Assembly (NCBI GenBank): GCA_965279375.1
Contig: OZ257156.1
Location: 2,752,001-2,816,000 of the forward strand
Source: Gemmatimonas sp.
GTDB taxonomy: Bacteria > Gemmatimonadota > Gemmatimonadetes > Gemmatimonadales > Gemmatimonadaceae
Length of the DNA stretch: 64,000 bases
Reading direction: 5' to 3'
Shown: positions 63,432-64,000 of the stretch, in pieces
How positions within the stretch are numbered: position 1 is the stretch's first letter
Layout: each line of letters begins with the position of its first letter
Position numbers and translations under genes: made by a program
Notes under the pieces: model-generated
Database searches by the model: none
The model's input: only the letters and a program-made list of their open reading frames with translations
Told to the model about the DNA's origin: nothing

Positions 63432-64000
63432 ATGCCCGAGTTTCGTCTGTACAATACGCTCACGCGTCGCGTCGAGCCGTTTGCGCCCGCCGATGGACAC
63501 ACCGTGCGCATGTACACTTGTGGACCGACGGTCTACAACCCGGCGCATCTGGGCAACTTCCGCACGTTCCTCTTCGAGGACTTGATGCGGCGCGCGTTTC
63601 GGCTCGCCGGCTGGCAGGTGGAGCAGGTGATGAATCTGACGGACGTGGACGACAAGATCATTCGGAAGGCGGCCGCGACGAACGTCAGCATCACCGCCGT
63701 CACCGAGCCGTTCACGGAGCTCTTTCATCGCGATCGGCGCTACCTGCGCATCGAAGACGCGGAGATCTATCCCAAGGCGACGGAGCACATTCCGGAGATG
63801 ATCGCGCTCGTCGAGCGGTTGATCGCCAACGGTGTGGCCTACGTGGCGGAGGATGGTTCGATCTACTTCGCGATCGATCGCTTTCCGACGTATGGCCAGC
63901 TCTCGCAGCTCGACAAGCGCGAGGTGCGTGCGGGCGCGCGCGTCGCGCAGGACGAGTACGCCAAGGAGAATGCGCAGGACTTCGCGCTCTGGAAGGCGGC
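63432..64000 (+). CDS. cysS: Cysteine--tRNA ligase (partial, runs off right edge)
   Basis: Manual translation: RLYNTLTR, MYTCGPTVY, AHLGNFR (HIGH-like), NLTDVDDKII, PKATEHI, DFALWK. Confidence 0.95.
   Translation, partial: MPEFRLYNTLTRRVEPFAPADGHTVRMYTCGPTVYNPAHLGNFRTFLFEDLMRRAFRLAGWQVEQVMNLTDVDDKIIRKAAATNVSITAVTEPFTELFHRDRRYLRIEDAEIYPKATEHIPEMIALVERLIANGVAYVAEDGSIYFAIDRFPTYGQLSQLDKREVRAGARVAQDEYAKENAQDFALWKA

Overview
High-GC bacterial chromosomal segment; gene content and protein style suggest Gemmatimonadota, which is an inference. It holds about 60 CDSs, mostly housekeeping (ligA, gyrB, recF, uvrA, folE, glpK, mtnA, sdaAB/sdaAA, partial cysS, thymidine phosphorylase). I recognised no prophage, IS element, CRISPR array, rRNA or tRNA. 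Most notable observations: (1) a multi-stem leader RNA whose 11-bp terminal helix sequesters the AGGAGG ribosome-binding site of an ankyrin-repeat gene with a small N-terminal helical domain, a candidate new cis-regulatory RNA/protein module; (2) a co-oriented nurA-herA-(secreted protein)-sbcD-sbcC cluster resembling the archaeal NurA/HerA/Mre11/Rad50 end-resection set; (3) a 6S-RNA-like rod with its own promoter and terminator; (4) downstream of it, an animal-type PTPS-folE-SDR operon that looks like tetrahydrobiopterin synthesis; (5) a 6-Cys secreted peptide whose gene overlaps a beta-propeller-like lipoprotein gene; (6) several apparent pseudo-enzymes: a DEAD-box-derived protein keeping only the DbpA domain, a CcmF lacking both periplasmic His ligands, and a degenerate ABC ATPase; (7) a glycoside 3-dehydrogenase/TIM-barrel locus; (8) repeated promoter layouts suggesting leaderless mRNAs. 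All assignments come from reading motifs by eye; no searches or folding programs were run.
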